Below, piece by piece: positions 23,144 to 29,272 of a DNA stretch of 29,272 nt. The position numbers and the translations under genes were made by a program. The DNA is from Thermodesulfovibrionales bacterium. GTDB taxonomy: Bacteria > Nitrospirota > Thermodesulfovibrionia > Thermodesulfovibrionales > SM23-35. The notes under the pieces are model-generated. The model was not told the DNA's origin, ran no database searches, and saw only the letters and a program-made list of their open reading frames with translations. The stretch is taken from NCBI GenBank assembly GCA_963715195.1, contig CAVQRT010000036.1, positions 1 to 29,272 on the forward strand, in the 5' to 3' direction. Position 1 is the stretch's first letter, and the number at the start of each line of letters is the position of its first letter.

Positions 23144-24551
23144 GAATGACCCCTTTTGCTTCAAGTTCCTTCCTTATCGTGTCAGCCATCTCCCAGTTTT
23201 TGGCTATGCGCGCCTCATGTCGCGCGGTGAGCCTTGCCCGGATATCCTCTTCCGAAAGGCCGACATTTTTCACGTGCATGAGAGACACATACCATTGGCG
23301 GGATGATCTCTGGAATATATTCAGAATGCCCCCGGCCTCAGACAGCATCTGCTGCGCTTCGAGGAGCAGTTCCTTTTCCTCGCCCGAAGAGGGGTTTCCG
23401 TCCAGGAACCTGTTCACCTCCCTGATAAGCTCGAACATATGTCCCAGTGCAAGAGCAGTATTGAAATCATCGTCCATCGCCTCCCCGAACCTCTTCCGGA
23501 ACGAGGAAACACAGTCGGCAAGACTTCCTCCGTCATGGGGCGATCCCTTCGTGCCTGCTACCCTTTCGATGAAGTTCTGTATTCTCAAGATAGTGGTATA
23601 GTAGCGGTCAATGCTCACCTCTGCCTCACGCAGCTGCTCATCCGAAAATTCGATAGGGCTTCTGTAGTGTGTCGAGAGCAGGAAAAACCTGACGACCTCC
23701 GGGTCGAATTTCTGAAGGACTTCCTTGATCGTAAAAAAATTTCCAAGTGATTTGGACATCTTCTCCTTATCAATAGTAATAAAGCCGTTGTGCACCCAGT
23801 AACGCGCAAAGGGTTTTCCGGTATATGCCTCGGACTGCGCGATCTCGTTTTCGTGATGAGGGAAAAGCAGGTCCGCACCCCCGCCGTGAATATCAAAGCT
23901 CTCACCGAGGTGCTTGATGGACATTGCGCTGCACTCAATATGCCATCCGGGTCTTCCCCGTCCCCAGGGACTCTCCCAGAAAGGCTCCCCCTCCTTCGAA
24001 TTCTTCCAGAGGGCAAAATCCAGGGGGTTCTTTTTCTTTTCATCAATCCCTACCCGCGCACCCGCCATCATTTCGTCGAGATTGCGCCCGGAAAGCCTGC
24101 CGTACTCAGGGAACTTGTCTACTGAAAAGTAGACGCTCCCGTCAGCCTGATATGCAAACCCCTTCTCAACGAGATTCTTCACAATCTCTATCATTTCAGA
24201 AATATATTCGGTTGCCTTCGGTTCTCTGTCCGCCCGCCCGACCCCGAGCGCGTCCATGTCCTTATGAAATTCTTCCGTATATTTCGCGGCGACTTCATCC
24301 CAAGCCACGCCCTCCTGCCTTGCCCGGTTGATAATCTTGTCGTCCACGTCAGTGAAGTTCCTCACAAAGTTCATTTCATAGCCCTTGTATTTCAGGTAAT
24401 TGCGTATCACATCGAAGACAATGGCGCTTCTCGCATGGCCTATATGGCAGTGATCATAGACGGTCACCCCGCACGCGTACATGTCTACCCTGGGGGGATG
24501 CAGCGGAACAAACTCCTCTTTCCTGCCGCTGAGTGTATTGAAAATCTTCAT
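23097..24551 (-). CDS. cysS: Cysteine--tRNA ligase
   Basis: CGVTVYDHCHIGHAR (HIGH), GRPGWHIECSAM, DIHGGGADLLFPHHENE, KMSKS. Start MKIFNTL at 24551. Confidence 0.99.
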   Translation of the reverse strand: MKIFNTLSGRKEEFVPLHPPRVDMYACGVTVYDHCHIGHARSAIVFDVIRNYLKYKGYEMNFVRNFTDVDDKIINRARQEGVAWDEVAAKYTEEFHKDMDALGVGRADREPKATEYISEMIEIVKNLVEKGFAYQADGSVYFSVDKFPEYGRLSGRNLDEMMAGARVGIDEKKKNPLDFALWKNSKEGEPFWESPWGRGRPGWHIECSAMSIKHLGESFDIHGGGADLLFPHHENEIAQSEAYTGKPFARYWVHNGFITIDKEKMSKSLGNFFTIKEVLQKFDPEVVRFFLLSTHYRSPIEFSDEQLREAEVSIDRYYTTILRIQNFIERVAGTKGSPHDGGSLADCVSSFRKRFGEAMDDDFNTALALGHMFELIREVNRFLDGNPSSGEEKELLLEAQQMLSEAGGILNIFQRSSRQWYVSLMHVKNVGLSEEDIRARLTARHEARIAKNWEMADTIRKELEAKGVILEDKKDRTDWKIKAG

Positions 24552-24665
24552 ATGACTACCTGACCCCTTGTTTTGCGTACAGGAATTATACAATAATTTA
24601 TGTTTCCTTTTTTCTCATATGAATCCTCTGCCTGTATAAAGCGCAGGGGATACTTCCCTGGCATA

Positions 24666-24686
24666 CGGCATGACATGTGCTATGAT
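24666..24686 (+). promoter_or_regulatory. Candidate promoter for the HEAT-repeat gene (overlapping sigma54-like and extended -10 motifs)
   Basis: CGGCATGACATGTGCT has GG-N10-GC spacing; TGcTATGAT overlaps it. Confidence 0.35.
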
Positions 24687-24694
24687 ATGAATCT

Positions 24695-25111
24695 ATGAAA
24701 AACGCAGACCCGAAATCCCCGGACACAAAGACCATGCTCGCAGATTACATGGAGAACGGGCTGCTCGACAATATTATTGATATGTTCAAGCATGACAGAG
24801 CTCTGTATGCATATGCCGGGGATATGCTCACAGACGAAAGGCTTCGGGTAAGAATCGGCGTGACCGCTCTGCTCGAGACACTCAAAATCGAAGACCCGGA
24901 GAATGTCGGCAGGGCGGTCCCGTTTCTCCTGCCGATACTGAGGAGTGAAAACCCTTTGTTCAGAGGTGATGCGGCAAATATTCTCGGGATACTCGGGGCA
25001 ACCGAAGCGCTCCCCATACTCGAAGAAATAGCACACGACGAAAACGAGGCAGTGAGAACCATCGCGAGAGAGGCAGTCGAGGATATCACCTCCCAGAACC
25101 CTTCCTTATAG
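24695..25111 (+). CDS. HEAT-repeat domain protein
   Basis: DERLRVRIGVTALLE, ENPLFRGDAANILGILG and DENEAVRTIAREAVE are HEAT/PBS-lyase-like repeats. Confidence 0.8.
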   Translation: MKNADPKSPDTKTMLADYMENGLLDNIIDMFKHDRALYAYAGDMLTDERLRVRIGVTALLETLKIEDPENVGRAVPFLLPILRSENPLFRGDAANILGILGATEALPILEEIAHDENEAVRTIAREAVEDITSQNPSL

Positions 25112-25197
25112 CGTTCCATCCCATAGTTCTTTATCACATAAATGCGCAGGCAGAGTATTTTAAGCGGTTTTAAATTCTTTCTCTGAAAGAATTTTTC

Positions 25198-26055
25198 TCA
25201 GGCATTACACTTGTGCTGCTTCAGCAGCATGGCCCCGCGCGGGAGACCGAGTTCCTTTGCGACGACATCGCATTTGGCCTGAAAAAGAAAGAACACAGGG
25301 GCATCCTGCCCCATGAGTGTCTCGAAATTGGCCTGTCCCTTACTGATGATAAGGTCCGCCTTACGGAATCTGGACTGGAGCTCCGGGGACGTCCACTCAA
25401 GGACTGTGCCGACCGCGTCAGACCCGTTGTCAATTACCGTGCAAATCTCCGTGAGTCCGGTGTCCCCGGCATCTTCGCGCGTCGCGTCATTGATGACCGG
25501 AGACCCTTTCACCACAGCGGTCACCTCCCTGCCACGACTCACAAGGACTTCGATCAGAAGCCTGTCAAAGACTATCTCGCCGGCATTATCTGCAAGAAAA
25601 AGGATATTTTCTGCTGCGGATACCGCCTCCCTGAACATATCATAATGATCAACCGCAATCGGTCCGTTCAGGGAACGGGCGATTGTGCCTTCGATATCTA
25701 TTGAGGTGAATATCCCGAAATCGATCACGTTTCCGGCGATCGAAAGTCTCGACGCCGTCCGCAACGGATCCTCTCCCTTTTCGACAAGATCGCTGAGAGG
25801 GGGAAGCAACTCAAGCGCAAGCCTGTTATAACGTTTCTTTATCGTTTTGAACGGGTCTTCGCCAAGCATCTCCCTTATTGTCCTGTGGATGAATGTGGTC
25901 GTAATCGCAGGGGGTTTTCGTGTATCCGCGCGACGGATATCTGCGAGCGTATCTTTCAGTATGCGCTCCTGCAGGTCTGGATCTTTGGTTCCCAGCCTGA
26001 GGGCAATCAATGCCTGGCGGAGGAAACAGGGAAAACAGTCAAGGTGCACTCTCAT
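25198..26055 (-). CDS. DUF89 / ARMT1-like damage-control phosphatase
   Basis: Start MRVHLDCFPCFLRQ (CxxC), GEDPFK, AGNVIDFG, ADNAGEIVFD, PVINDAT, ISKGQANFE, AKC. The longer ORF-track start is an artefact of reading through the junction. Confidence 0.9.
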   Translation of the reverse strand: MRVHLDCFPCFLRQALIALRLGTKDPDLQERILKDTLADIRRADTRKPPAITTTFIHRTIREMLGEDPFKTIKKRYNRLALELLPPLSDLVEKGEDPLRTASRLSIAGNVIDFGIFTSIDIEGTIARSLNGPIAVDHYDMFREAVSAAENILFLADNAGEIVFDRLLIEVLVSRGREVTAVVKGSPVINDATREDAGDTGLTEICTVIDNGSDAVGTVLEWTSPELQSRFRKADLIISKGQANFETLMGQDAPVFFLFQAKCDVVAKELGLPRGAMLLKQHKCNA

Positions 26056-26135
26056 CCGCGATGAAGTGCCTGCGCCTTTTTCTCCACCTCTTCTGCCATC
26101 TTTTTCTTGAACTTCCTGAGCTTCCCGGCGACCTT
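26052..26135 (-). CDS. purE: C-terminal fragment of an upstream gene, probably PurE (N5-CAIR mutase)
   Basis: KVAGKLRKFKKKMAEEVEKKAQALHRG* resembles the PurE C-terminal helix. Its TGA overlaps the DUF89 ATG (ATGA). Only 27 codons are visible. Confidence 0.5.
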   Translation of the reverse strand, partial: KVAGKLRKFKKKMAEEVEKKAQALHRG

Positions 26136-27240
26136 GGAATACCCGACGCCGCGCGTCAAGGTCACCAACGGCCGGCTCGACCTGAGCGACGCGTTCCAGC
26201 GTGCCATCGGCCCCTACGACGAGATGATGGCCAAGTACCTCTACACGGTGTTCCCGGCAGGGCAGGAGCAGGCAGGACTCGAGGGCGTCATCCGCGAGAT
26301 GCGGGCGAAGGGCCTGCACTACCTGCCGGAGACCGATCCGCGGTGGTCGTGGTACGACGACCGCGCCGCCCGCAGGAGTACCTGAGAGAGACGATGGCGG
26401 CGCGCGCCATCATGATCCGGCAGTACGGACCGAACATCTTGCGACCGGGCGAGCCGGTCGGCGCGCTGCGCGACGCCCGCCTGTGGATGACGTACCTGCA
26501 TCACCGCTGGGCGATCGAGTCGGGCCAGCGCTACGTGGGCGGCATGTTCCACACCTACAACATCAAGGGCGACGCCGGCCCGCCAACCGAGATCGTGCCT
26601 GCGGCCACTCAGCGCGAGGTGCTGGCGCTGTTGCTCTCGGCGATTGCGCCGCCGGCACTGGAGCTGCCGGAAGCCCTCCTGGCGCAGCTCACGCCGCATC
26701 CTGGCAGCAACCTCGAAGACATGTCGAGCGATTATGCCTTCGACCATCTGCGCGCGGCCCGCATCCTGTCAGCAATGGTGCTCGGCGACCTGCTGCAGCC
26801 AGACCGGGCGGCGCGGCTGGTAGCCTTCGCTGACCGCCAGGCCAACGCGCTCACGCTACCCGAGGTCATCGCCGACGTGTTCAAGGCGACGTGGGGCCCG
26901 CATGCGGCCGAGTCGCCGCGGCAGCAGTCGCTGCGGCGGGTGAGCGAGCGCGCGGCTCTCGATGCGCTGATGATGCTTGGCGCGCACCCTGACGCGACGC
27001 CTGAAGTCCGCGCCGTGGTGCTGCAGGAGCTCCGGCGGCTGGGCCAGGAGCTCGCCACGCGGCACGACCCCGATCCCCTGCCGGAAGCGCACCTGCGCCA
27101 GGCCGAAGCCGACATCGCCCGCTACCTGCAGGATCCGGCGGCGAATGCTCCGAAGTTCATCGCGCCGGGATGGGGCGCCCGCCCGCGTTCGCGGTTTCCC
27201 CTGAGTTCCAGGGCCGCCGCTGGGCGGCGGTGGCAACTAG
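26135..27240 (+). CDS. Zinc-dependent metalloprotease (Met-zincin / DUF4953-type), C-terminal part, frameshifted
   Basis: EYPTPRVKVTNGRLDLSDAFQRAIGPYDEMMAKYLY follows the Met-turn position; then YLHHRW, VGG, VPAATQREVL, LLQPDRAARL; ends ...PGPPLGGGGN* at 27240. The HExxH region lies upstream of the junction and is not visible. Confidence 0.72.
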
Positions 27241-27246
27241 CCGACG

Positions 27247-29272
<2,026 letters not shown>

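Noticed and set aside
25198..26319. 373-aa DUF89 with a long N-terminal extension
   Set aside because: The extension reads through the PurE-like tail and the junction into the antisense strand of the protease; the real start is at 26055.

Overview
The window looks like a composite of at least three unrelated pieces joined without spacers, with breaks near 3744 and 26135. (1) 1-~3744 is AT-richer and full of indels. It holds an APC-family amino-acid permease, a lipoprotein PL10 (PelA-type) pectate lyase and the 3' part of msrA. (2) ~3745-~26135 has intermediate GC and looks like Nitrospirota/Thermodesulfovibrionia (inference from recalled protein similarity). It is almost entirely on the minus strand: purE tail, DUF89 phosphatase, a HEAT-repeat gene (+), cysS, rlmB, tRNA-Thr/Tyr/Gly/Thr, tuf, rpmG, tRNA-Trp, secE, nusG, rplKAJL, rpoB, rpoC, then Mut7-C RNase, thioredoxin reductase, PDO/AhpF-N-like glutaredoxin, an FmdB Zn-ribbon gene and a 3'-truncated CheB-CheR fusion. 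(3) ~26135-29272 is very GC-rich and holds the 3' part of a zinc metalloprotease converging on a sigma-54 enhancer-binding protein. Frameshifts in rpoB, tuf and nusG are most likely sequencing errors. I found no CRISPR array, mobile element or clearly new system. The best leads are the rpmG stop codon overlapping the 5' end of tRNA-Trp, a CTG start and missing L10 leader for rplJ, a 76-nt hairpin in front of rplK, and a Mut7-C RNase/TrxR/PDO module directly behind rpoC.
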